From: a virus
Length of the DNA: 64,000 bases
Virus record (IMG/VR): IMGVR_UViG_3300044994_000320
Span: 1 to 64,000 of that record
Direction: 5' to 3' (one strand)
Of this stretch, positions 1-8,067 are shown in pieces. Below the pieces are notes generated by a model. It saw only the letters and a list, made by a program, of their open reading frames with translations, had not been told where the DNA came from and did no database searches. Made by a program: the position numbers and the translations under genes. Each line of letters opens with the position of its first letter. Position 1 is the first letter of the stretch.

Positions 1-1035
1 CTCGAACGGTTATACGCAGCCGCAAAAAAATTCGGCTTTCGAGTTATTCCTAACCCTAATGCGCTCCCTGACTACTACTCCAAACGCCTCGACTTCGACG
101 CCATCGTATCCCTGATAGAACCCCTCGCAGTCGGTAGTCATTACGACCGGGTCTATACGCACAGCCCTATTGGTGACGAAGGCAGGCATTGGCATCATCA
201 AGATGTTGCGCTCGCCGTATCCTGGCTTTTCAAAGATCGCGCCCGTTTTAGAATCCACGGGCTAAATACGCGAGGAGACAATTACGTGCTCAGCGCAGAT
301 ACCTACAAAGCCAAGATCGAAGCTCTGTATAGTGCTTACCCAGAAGAAACCGAAGAGTTTTCAGAGTGTTTCGCGTATTTCACCGAAGAAAGCGTCATAG
401 AATTGCCTTTTTATTTCGTCTGGCTCTTGTACGCCTGGCATTCAGAGATAAGCTTCGAAAGCAAGCTTATGAACAGTCACCCAGATTTTTCAGACACGTG
501 GAATATGCGTCAATCGCCATACGAAAACGCCAAACTTCAAAGGTACATCGGCGTGCTTAAAAATCTGCTCTCCGGTAAAGACTTTTCTGGTATAGAGTTC
601 GGCCCATATCTTGGTCTGTACTCGCGCAAATTTTTAGAAGAAGGTATCGTCAAACGCCTCTCTATGGTTGAGGTTTGCGATAAGCATTACCCCGATCTCA
701 TCCCGCTTGGTGAAGTCAAAAAGAACTTAGGTGATTTCCCACCTCAGCAATTTGACGTTGCTTTTTTCATGGAGGTAGTTTACTACTTCTCGAAAGAAGA
801 CTCAGAAAAAATCATCGAGTGGTTTAAGCGTAACGGGCTACCGCAGTACCTCGTTTTTTCTAACCCCCAAGAGTTTATGGATTTATTCATGTCTACTGAC
901 GCAGAATTCAAAGCCGCGTACAAGCTTATTGACTTAACCGAGATATCTTCTGAGTTCGAGTACAATTTCAGTCGCCCGGAGTTCTTGTTTCGTAGGAACA
1001 AGACTGCGCTATACATATACGAAAGATGCCAGTAA
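1..1035 (+). CDS. 5'-truncated PIG-L/LmbE-family deacetylase fused to NodS-like class I SAM methyltransferase
   Basis: Frame 1 is open from base 1 into the listed 286..1035 ORF. N-part has VYTHSPIGDEGRHWHHQDVALAV (PIG-L THxxxGxxxHxxH-type motif); C-part has DTW...SPYENAK, IEFGPYLG and FDVAFFMEVVYY (NodS-like motifs). Confidence 0.7.
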   Translation, partial: LERLYAAAKKFGFRVIPNPNALPDYYSKRLDFDAIVSLIEPLAVGSHYDRVYTHSPIGDEGRHWHHQDVALAVSWLFKDRARFRIHGLNTRGDNYVLSADTYKAKIEALYSAYPEETEEFSECFAYFTEESVIELPFYFVWLLYAWHSEISFESKLMNSHPDFSDTWNMRQSPYENAKLQRYIGVLKNLLSGKDFSGIEFGPYLGLYSRKFLEEGIVKRLSMVEVCDKHYPDLIPLGEVKKNLGDFPPQQFDVAFFMEVVYYFSKEDSEKIIEWFKRNGLPQYLVFSNPQEFMDLFMSTDAEFKAAYKLIDLTEISSEFEYNFSRPEFLFRRNKTALYIYERCQ

Positions 1036-2030
1036 TTTTTGACTGCTCTTTCATAAAAGAGCAATGGAAAAAAGACCTTATCAAGTCTTTGAAGCGATCG
1101 TTTCCGCGGTCGCTTTTGATTTCTACCGGGAACTTCCATTCAGACTTTTCTGCCTTGCGTCTCGCGCATCGTAATAACCCGACTGCGACAATCGTGTACC
1201 TATCTGACTACGATTGCCCAGACGTTTTGGCTTTTAGGCATCGAGTAAAGAAATCAGGCAAAGCTAAGCAGATCGCGTTTAACCATGGCTTTACTTTTAA
1301 TGGTTTTGAAACTCCTATGCCAAACGCTTCGTTGGAATACGAGCGCCGCATTATCGCTTCGGTAGACCTCATGTGTTTTAACTCTAATTTTGCTTATCGG
1401 ACTATGCAAGAAAGACATGAGGTTTCAACAAAAAATAGTGTAGTTCTTGGCTTGCCCGTGCATACCAAGTTCCCAAAAACAGTTTTCGGTTCTCGCTCAG
1501 GATTTCTGATTGCCTCACGTTTTACCGAAGTTAAAAACAGAAATCTGATAATCGCATTCGCGGAGATGTGCGTAGAAAAAAGAAAACCACTTACGATTTT
1601 AGCCAAGAATAAGTACAATAAAAACGACCATCGGGAACAAAGAAAGATACGCGCCGCTCTGGCCTACTTAAGGTATTTAGCGGATAAATCCGATTTAATA
1701 TGGCTAAAAGAGAATGCGCCAAGAAGAACATACCTGTCTTGTATGGTTAAGGCAAGTGCTTTTGTTGGCTTTCCTGCTATCGACACCTTGAATATCACAA
1801 TGGTAGAAGCTGCTATGGCTAAGACACTCCCGATATTCCCGAACAAAGCTCCGTACAACGAGTTTATCCCGGAGAATTGCCTCTATCGGCCATACGATTT
1901 ATCGCACATTTTTGAAATCGAAAAAAGCGTAAAACGTTCTGACGAGTCTACTTACGGCTATGCCGCGTCGTTTACGCCAGAGGCTTTTGAGTCTTCCGTT
2001 AAGGAGGCGTTTTGTGATTTTATTCGTTAA
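1026..2030 (+). CDS. GT-B (GT4-like) glycosyltransferase, paralog 1
   Basis: ASRFTEVKN and DTLNITMVEAAMAKTLPIFP (D/E-x7-E motif); HG motif in N-domain. Confidence 0.75.
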   Translation: MPVIFDCSFIKEQWKKDLIKSLKRSFPRSLLISTGNFHSDFSALRLAHRNNPTATIVYLSDYDCPDVLAFRHRVKKSGKAKQIAFNHGFTFNGFETPMPNASLEYERRIIASVDLMCFNSNFAYRTMQERHEVSTKNSVVLGLPVHTKFPKTVFGSRSGFLIASRFTEVKNRNLIIAFAEMCVEKRKPLTILAKNKYNKNDHREQRKIRAALAYLRYLADKSDLIWLKENAPRRTYLSCMVKASAFVGFPAIDTLNITMVEAAMAKTLPIFPNKAPYNEFIPENCLYRPYDLSHIFEIEKSVKRSDESTYGYAASFTPEAFESSVKEAFCDFIR

Positions 2031-3045
2031 GATCCCCGGCTATTCTGGTTGGGCGCGGTCTTTAATCGAGTGCCTTGAAGCAATGTTTTCAGACTTTGAA
2101 AAAAAGTGCGGCACTAAAGTCGTCAGAATTGGTGGAGGCTCGATAGAGGAGTTACATAGCAGTCTCGCCTGTCTTGACCCAAAAGATTTCAAAGCCGTGT
2201 GGTGTTGCCACGACGCGGAAACTAAGCCTGTGCACGATTTTAGATTGCGTGTTGCACAAGCAAAAGGAGTTTCTGTTGCGCACAACCATAATTTAATAAA
2301 GAACCCATACGAACCGTTCTTCGTTTACGAAAAAATTGTAGGCTACAACCCGCACGCTTCTTTGACGCACCTTTTTGTGAACGCTCCGTATATTACGGCG
2401 TCCGCTGAAATTTCGACCGTGTTAAACCCAGTACCCGTTAATGCCCCTACGCCAGAGTATCTGAAAGGATTTGGCAGCCGTTCTTTCGATGCCCTATTCG
2501 GTGCGCGTTTTGCCGAAGATAAAAATAGGTTTCTAGCTGTAAAATTCATAGAGTCAGCACTTAGCCAAGACCCAGAGTTAAGAATCGGGTTCGCGTTTCC
2601 CCCACTTGCTAAGTGGCATAGAGATCGCCCAGACGTAGAAGACTACGATTATCACCGGTGTATGCAAGCCGTTGAGTACCTTACAGACCTCGGCGTAGCC
2701 GTCTTCCCTGATTGTGAAGAATCCGCGTTTTTAGAATTGCTTGCGCGGTCTAAAACGTATTTTTCTTTCGGTATGCAGGACACACTCAGTGTCTCCGCCA
2801 TACAAGCTGCTATGCTCGGGTGCCACCCGTTGTACCCCGATATGTTGCCCTACAATACTTTTTTACCAAAAGAGTATCTGTATCCAGCTTTCGATTTTTC
2901 GGCCCTTTTTGACAAAATTTCAGAATATAAGTCAGATCAAAAAGAAGCGCCAGAAGAAAAAATAGACACCGCCTTTTATCGGCCAAGCGCATTTATAGAG
3001 AGGAGCACACAATTCTTATGGCAAACCATAGCGCCATTGATGTAG
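2014..3045 (+). CDS. GT-B (GT4-like) glycosyltransferase, paralog 2
   Basis: GARFAEDKN and QDTLSVSAIQAAMLGCHPLYP; GTG start at 2014 follows AGGAGG. Confidence 0.72.
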   Translation: MILFVKIPGYSGWARSLIECLEAMFSDFEKKCGTKVVRIGGGSIEELHSSLACLDPKDFKAVWCCHDAETKPVHDFRLRVAQAKGVSVAHNHNLIKNPYEPFFVYEKIVGYNPHASLTHLFVNAPYITASAEISTVLNPVPVNAPTPEYLKGFGSRSFDALFGARFAEDKNRFLAVKFIESALSQDPELRIGFAFPPLAKWHRDRPDVEDYDYHRCMQAVEYLTDLGVAVFPDCEESAFLELLARSKTYFSFGMQDTLSVSAIQAAMLGCHPLYPDMLPYNTFLPKEYLYPAFDFSALFDKISEYKSDQKEAPEEKIDTAFYRPSAFIERSTQFLWQTIAPLM

Positions 3046-3722
3046 TAATAAATAGCGATGGAGAAAAAGACCTTGCCGTTGCTTTAAGCCCTTTTTTGTA
3101 CGAAGAGAAAAGAAATGTCCATGTTTTTTTCTCATGGCCGAAAGAAAAAAAGCCAAATCACGATAATATCCTTTCGATGATGTTTGCAGTAAAAAGATTC
3201 CAGAATGTGTTTTTTCATTTTGATAGGCCTAAAAAAAACTGGGATATGCTTACGTCCAGAGAGCAGGCGCTAAAACACGCAAAAACAGACACCGTCCTCA
3301 TATTGGACTCCGATGTGTACTTACGTCCAGGAGAAATAGACCGCATGGCCGCGTATAAAGAGCACGCAGGTGTTGGCTGGGTTACAGATAAATTATGTAT
3401 TCCAAAAGACTCTCAGTATGACCGAGTAGCTCAGTGCTCATGTTTGTTAATTGATCGAAATAAAGCACTAAGAGCCATCAGTCAGCTTCCAGTGAAAGAA
3501 CGCGCTATTTTTAGAAATGGTCTCGAAGATAGCTTTATCACTTTTTCCATGCGCGGAGCGTTTATTAGTAACTTGGCTTTCACGCATTATGAGGACATAA
3601 AAAAGTGGTACAAGCAAATCAACGTAAAAAAGGCCCTCAAAACGTCTCACCCGGTGTTAAAGCCTTTGCTGCAATATATCTACGAACGGGAAAGAAGCGT
3701 TTGGGATAAGAGGAAAAAATGA
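3018..3722 (+). CDS. GT-A (GT2-like) glycosyltransferase
   Basis: IDVVI start strand; SREQALKHAKTDTVLILDSDV (DxD); CLLIDR; LEDSF acceptor motif. Confidence 0.75.
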   Translation: MANHSAIDVVINSDGEKDLAVALSPFLYEEKRNVHVFFSWPKEKKPNHDNILSMMFAVKRFQNVFFHFDRPKKNWDMLTSREQALKHAKTDTVLILDSDVYLRPGEIDRMAAYKEHAGVGWVTDKLCIPKDSQYDRVAQCSCLLIDRNKALRAISQLPVKERAIFRNGLEDSFITFSMRGAFISNLAFTHYEDIKKWYKQINVKKALKTSHPVLKPLLQYIYERERSVWDKRKK

Positions 3723-4756
3723 TATTCCAGATTCCTATAGAGCCTCTCGAAGAGCGTTACTCTTCGCAATGGGAAAGGTGGTTCAGCGCTTTCTTCGATA
3801 AGCATGACGTGCCGTATCAGAATATCCCCGGCTCAATACTTCGCGGCGAAATAAAAGATGGTGCTTTTCTCGATGCGTTCAACACGAACTACTGGAAAAG
3901 TGCGCAGCTCAAAAACATTATCGAGCTTTTAGAAAAAGGCGAAATCCGTGACGGTGACGTGCTCTTTTTTCATGATCTTTGGTTTCCTGGTATAGAGCAG
4001 CTTGCGTACATACGAGATGTTACAAAGAAAAAGTTTCGCATCGCTGGGTACTTGCATGCAGGTACGTGGGATGCTTACGACTTCCTTACGAGGCATCTAA
4101 CCCCTTGGGTTACGTCTTTCGAGCAAATGCTTATGGATGTAGTCGATGTTGTTATGCTTGGGTCAAATTTTCACGCCGGACTTATATCTGCCGCGTTTCC
4201 AGCTTACAGCAAAAAATTGAATGTTATTGGCTTGCCTTTTAATTTCTTAGAAATTGTTCCCAGTCCAGAAATGTCGATACCAGCGTTGGCCCACGATACC
4301 ACTTTTACTATCGTTTTTCCGCACAGGCTGGATCAGGAAAAAAGACCAGAACTTTTCGACTCACTAAAAAACTACGCTCCGTTGCAAGATTATGCTTTCG
4401 TAAAAACGCGAGATTACTGGAACGGGTATAAGCAAGACTACTACGATCTGCTGTCTACTTGCACTCTTGCAGTATCTTTTGCTAAGCAAGAGACTTTCGG
4501 CATTGCTATGGTTGAAGCTGCGATTTTAGGGTGTCTGCCTGTTTTGCCTAAAGCCCTGGCTTACCCAGATGTATGGCCGCAAGAAGGCCCACTTTGGTAC
4601 ACCGATGTCGCGCAAGTAAAAGAGATTCTTTCAAGCTATTTAAGGAGCTTTAACGCTAAAGAACACAAAAAGCGTTTGTCTATTTGCACAAGCCATCTAC
4701 GTGCAAATTATTCTCTACAGACTGTAGGAGAAAAAGTGTTGCGTTTACTGCTATGA
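3719..4756 (+). CDS. GT-B glycosyltransferase, paralog 3 (GTDC1/QTMAN-like C-domain)
   Basis: FPHRLDQEKRPELF and QETFGIAMVEAAILGCLPVLPKALAYPD motifs. Confidence 0.85.
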   Translation: MIFQIPIEPLEERYSSQWERWFSAFFDKHDVPYQNIPGSILRGEIKDGAFLDAFNTNYWKSAQLKNIIELLEKGEIRDGDVLFFHDLWFPGIEQLAYIRDVTKKKFRIAGYLHAGTWDAYDFLTRHLTPWVTSFEQMLMDVVDVVMLGSNFHAGLISAAFPAYSKKLNVIGLPFNFLEIVPSPEMSIPALAHDTTFTIVFPHRLDQEKRPELFDSLKNYAPLQDYAFVKTRDYWNGYKQDYYDLLSTCTLAVSFAKQETFGIAMVEAAILGCLPVLPKALAYPDVWPQEGPLWYTDVAQVKEILSSYLRSFNAKEHKKRLSICTSHLRANYSLQTVGEKVLRLLL

Positions 4757-6153
4757 AACTATTTCTTTCAGGCGCAGAAAATCAAAAAGCATTCGGTACT
4801 ATCACGCATATAAAGCACCCGTATGTGCTTATGTCTTTCCTTTATCTGAGAAAAAAGAAAACCACGCTCGAACAGTACCTTGATAAAGCTGGATATGACA
4901 TGAAGTTTATGATCGATTCTGGCGCGCACTCTTTTATTGATAACGGCGTTGCGCACTCTTTGAAATCCCAGAACCCTCAAAATGACGTTATGCGCTTTAT
5001 CGACGAGTATCTAACGTTTTTAGATCGTAATAAAAAGTTCATTGATTTGGCGGTAGAGTTAGACTTGCAACGTGCCCCGTGGGATTTAGACAAAGACCCA
5101 GAAGACCATGTAGGCTTCGATATTGTACGAAAATGGCGCCAAGAGATTTTCTCTAAACTAGACCTCGGTTTTCCGATCATATTTGTGAATCACGAAGAGC
5201 CATGGGAAGAAACCGCCTCATACGGGAAATTCATAGGACTATCCGCTACCAAAGAACACCAGAGAGCCTATGGCAAAGTTTTTACTCTCGCAAAAAAGCT
5301 TAATATCGGCGTTCACGGTTTTGCCGTTACTGGTAAAGAAATAAAGCGCTTACCTTTTACCACGGTTGACTCGACTTCATGGCTTTCCGGTAACCGTTTT
5401 GGTGTAACATACTGGTTTCGAGGTTCGTCGATGCTTACCATCGACAAAAACTACAAGCACCGTCGTCGCGCTATGAAAAAAGAGTGCGAAGATTACGGCA
5501 TTGATCATAAATTATTGATGGAAGATGACGATGACGCTATCATGCTGTGGAATGCGTATCAGTGGAAAAAGTACGCAAACTGGGTAGAACAAAGGTGGAC
5601 TAAGATGTCAGGAACAGGCACTCATCACGTATTCGAAGAGTTCGACAAAGAGAAACAAGAGTCAGAGGGTATTTTAGCAGGCATTGATGACCCGCCCCAA
5701 GAGAGCGCCCACGCGAACTCAGACCCCGTACAGGAAGCCGAAGACCTTCCGGTAGCCGCTACACGCGTTCCGACAACAGGGATCACCATCAGTTTGGACA
5801 ATAACCCTATCGATAACCTACGCTGTGCTAATTGCTATATTCAGGAAACCTGCCCCGCGTTTAATCCGGCCCCAGACGCTACCTGCAGCATTTCTGTAGA
5901 CCTTAAGATCGAAACCGGTGACGATTACGTGAAGCTCGTGAACAAAGTTATCGAAATCCAGTCTGAACGCGTTTTGCGCGGAAGAATGGCCGAAAGACAA
6001 GATGGCGGTTTACCAGATAAAACACTGTCAGGAGAGCTTAACTTGCTTTTAGACATGATTGCTAAAAGCAAAGAGATATTTGACACGCGCGATTCTCTTG
6101 TCATCAAGGCAAAGGGCAAGGGCATCTTGTCCAAAATTTTTGCCGGCAAATAG
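4753..6153 (+). CDS. dpdA: DpdA/TGT-like guanine transglycosylase with C-terminal Cys4 domain
   Basis: TIM-barrel motifs FMIDSGAHSF, AVELD, VHGFA, PFTTVDSTSW typical of phage TGT/DpdA-like enzymes; close to queD; ATG overlaps upstream stop (ATGA). Confidence 0.72.
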   Translation: MKLFLSGAENQKAFGTITHIKHPYVLMSFLYLRKKKTTLEQYLDKAGYDMKFMIDSGAHSFIDNGVAHSLKSQNPQNDVMRFIDEYLTFLDRNKKFIDLAVELDLQRAPWDLDKDPEDHVGFDIVRKWRQEIFSKLDLGFPIIFVNHEEPWEETASYGKFIGLSATKEHQRAYGKVFTLAKKLNIGVHGFAVTGKEIKRLPFTTVDSTSWLSGNRFGVTYWFRGSSMLTIDKNYKHRRRAMKKECEDYGIDHKLLMEDDDDAIMLWNAYQWKKYANWVEQRWTKMSGTGTHHVFEEFDKEKQESEGILAGIDDPPQESAHANSDPVQEAEDLPVAATRVPTTGITISLDNNPIDNLRCANCYIQETCPAFNPAPDATCSISVDLKIETGDDYVKLVNKVIEIQSERVLRGRMAERQDGGLPDKTLSGELNLLLDMIAKSKEIFDTRDSLVIKAKGKGILSKIFAGK

Positions 6154-6164
6154 GAGTAACTAAA

Positions 6165-6512
6165 ATGGATACAAATATGAAAAGCCAGCGTAACTATCGC
6201 GATTCGGGTACGACAATGCGGTCACCTAATATCCCGGCAGTTACTGGTACAAAGTCAGCGCGGAACGGTGTGCAGAGCTCTTCAATCATCGATCCAACGC
6301 TGCGCGGTAATGGCGGTAATGCCGCTTCATACCGTGGATTGGGTAAAGAGGTCATGCTCACCCCAGTTGAAAAGTCAGGCCTTTGGGCCGGGCTCCGTCA
6401 GGGTGTCACGCATTTGGCCCCGGAAACTTCTAAGAATAAGCTGACTCCAGGTCAGGATGGCAGTACGTGGGACACCACACCTGCCGGCCATCGAGCCGCA
6501 GCAGGTTACTAA
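6165..6512 (+). CDS. Small Gly/Ser/Thr-rich hypothetical protein
   Basis: AGGAG RBS, 115 aa ORF filling the dpdA-queD gap. Confidence 0.6.
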   Translation: MDTNMKSQRNYRDSGTTMRSPNIPAVTGTKSARNGVQSSSIIDPTLRGNGGNAASYRGLGKEVMLTPVEKSGLWAGLRQGVTHLAPETSKNKLTPGQDGSTWDTTPAGHRAAAGY

Positions 6513-6526
6513 AGCGAGAGGTAAGC

Positions 6527-7372
6527 GTGCGCCAGTCCATGTTTTACAAAAATCTTACGGTAGTTGATTTCGCCTATTTTACAGAAGCCGAGGGTCTCCG
6601 AGGAGAATCCCTTATCTGTAACGTTGAGCTTGTAGGCGAAGTCCCCAAAGATGGTATGATATTGGATTTCGGCAAAGCAAAAAAGATCATCAAATCCGTG
6701 ATTGACCAAAAAGTAGATCATACAGTCGTTTTGAACTCTAGATTTGCAAGGCTAAACGGTGATGGAACTGCAACAGTAGACACCCCGACGCACGCTTATA
6801 CCGCTCCATGCCCTGCATTTTGTTTCCTTGATACAGACTATTCTGTCGGCGCTCTAGAAGCGCACATTCAAAAAGTTATTCGAGAGGCGCTCAGAGAAGA
6901 CTCAAAAGTGTCTGAAGTTTCCGTCGCGCTTTTAGCAGAGCCTCTTCCACAAGGCAAAACCAGTTTTCAGTACACACACGGGCTAAAATTTCATGACGGG
7001 AATTGCCAACGTATTTGGCATGGTCATAGAAACACTGTTGATGTCTTCATAAACGGGCAACAAGACTACGAGCTTGAGCATAAGCTTGTCGCAACCATTC
7101 TTAAAGGTTCAGTGCACTTTGCAGAAAAAAGTGTTTTTCGCTCAGTAGGTGAAGATTATATGGTTGGCCAAGTAGAGTACACGTCATCCCAAGGAAAGTT
7201 TCACTCTCGTCTACCTATTCAGGAAATCATCGTTATGGATTGTGAGCCATCAATCGAAAATATCGCGTCTTTTCTTTTAGGATGCGTTGTTAAAATGGGA
7301 GCCAGCGGCCTTATCGAAGTCGTAGCTTACGAGGGTATCGGAAAAGGGGCAATAGCACGTACCCGAATTTGA
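6527..7372 (+). CDS. queD: Two-domain 6-carboxy-5,6,7,8-tetrahydropterin synthase (QueD-like)
   Basis: GMILDFGKAKK..DH in first T-fold; HGLKFHDGNCQRIWHGH and EPSIENIA in second T-fold. Confidence 0.88.
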   Translation: MRQSMFYKNLTVVDFAYFTEAEGLRGESLICNVELVGEVPKDGMILDFGKAKKIIKSVIDQKVDHTVVLNSRFARLNGDGTATVDTPTHAYTAPCPAFCFLDTDYSVGALEAHIQKVIREALREDSKVSEVSVALLAEPLPQGKTSFQYTHGLKFHDGNCQRIWHGHRNTVDVFINGQQDYELEHKLVATILKGSVHFAEKSVFRSVGEDYMVGQVEYTSSQGKFHSRLPIQEIIVMDCEPSIENIASFLLGCVVKMGASGLIEVVAYEGIGKGAIARTRI

Positions 7373-7390
7373 CGTGTTTTTGGAGCATTT

Positions 7391-7477
7391 CTAACCACCC
7401 CCTACCACCCCCTTACCACCCCTACCACCCCCCTACCACCCCCCTTACCACCCCTTACCACCCCCCCCCCCCTACCA
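7391..7477 (+). repeat. Imperfect tandem array of C(4-12)-T(T)ACCA units (8 TACCA-like cores)
   Basis: Read directly: C-runs of 5,5,4,6,6,4,12 separated by TACCA/TTACCA. Confidence 0.9.
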
Positions 7478-7532
7478 AAAATAACAAAAATAACAAAAAT
7501 CACTTTACAAAATATCTCACCCTTTTTACACT
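7477..7532 (+). promoter_or_regulatory. sigma70-like early promoter with A-tract UP element
   Basis: AAAAATAAC repeats, TTTACA (7504-7509), 17-bp spacer, TACACT (7527-7532); homologous element at 63456-63505. Confidence 0.7.
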
Positions 7533-7705
7533 ACCCCTAACCACCCCATAAAAAACGGGGTGCAAAAAGTCCCTAAAAAATGGGCCACCAAAAAATCCTA
7601 CCTTAACAGGTCGGGCGCTGCGGGAGCAGACTTGGGGGCAACGAGCTCACTTTTCCCACAACAAAAGTACGGAAGCAGTCGGGAGGCCGGCGGGCGACAT
7701 AGTTG

Positions 7706-7760
7706 TTAACCCTTCGTGCCCTTCTAAAGTTTTAAGTATAGAAGGGCACCATAGGGTTAA
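7706..7760 (+). promoter_or_regulatory. RNA hairpin 1 with UC/CAU internal loop (RNase III-like site)
   Basis: TTAACCCT-TC-GTGCCCTTCTA...TAGAAGGGCAC-CAT-AGGGTTAA just upstream of an RBS. Confidence 0.65.
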
Positions 7761-7778
7761 TCACCCAAGGAGTCACAA

Positions 7779-8003
7779 ATGAAAATACAGAAAAAAGAAA
7801 AACTCAGAATCGCAAAGATCCTCGGTTATCTCGATGGAAGGCTAGAACGTCGTTCTCCCCTATCCAAAAAGATCGCTGATAAGATCGTCGAAACTATAGT
7901 TCGTTTTGGCTGGGTTACAGACTGTGGCGAGTATCTTGATAAGCAGTTTAAGCAAACAGCTTACGCTGCTTATTCAAGGTCTTGCGCGATTCGTGGTTGT
8001 TAG
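7779..8003 (+). CDS. Early hypothetical protein
   Basis: AAGGAG RBS; N-terminus KLRIAKILGYLDGR resembles 8647..8850 (KYKLCKIFGYMRGR). Confidence 0.7.
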   Translation: MKIQKKEKLRIAKILGYLDGRLERRSPLSKKIADKIVETIVRFGWVTDCGEYLDKQFKQTAYAAYSRSCAIRGC

Positions 8004-8043
8004 TTGTTCCTGCGCGTCTTAATCGGCGCGCAGCATAGAGCTA
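8001..8043 (+). promoter_or_regulatory. RNA hairpin 2 with UC/CAU internal loop
   Basis: TC-CTGCGCGTC...GGCGCGCAG-CAT with imperfect lower stem. Confidence 0.55.
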
Positions 8044-8067
8044 ACAAAGCTCAAGGAGAATCACAAA

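Noticed and set aside
10-258. Minus-strand 82-aa ORF
   Set aside because: Antisense to the open + frame carrying a recognisable PIG-L motif
7391-7477. Possible CRISPR array
   Set aside because: Units are about 10 nt with no spacers; no cas genes
7369-7551. 60-aa Pro-rich ORF
   Set aside because: Translation of the G-free repeat/promoter; G-free sequence can only form TAA stops, so open frames are expected; no RBS
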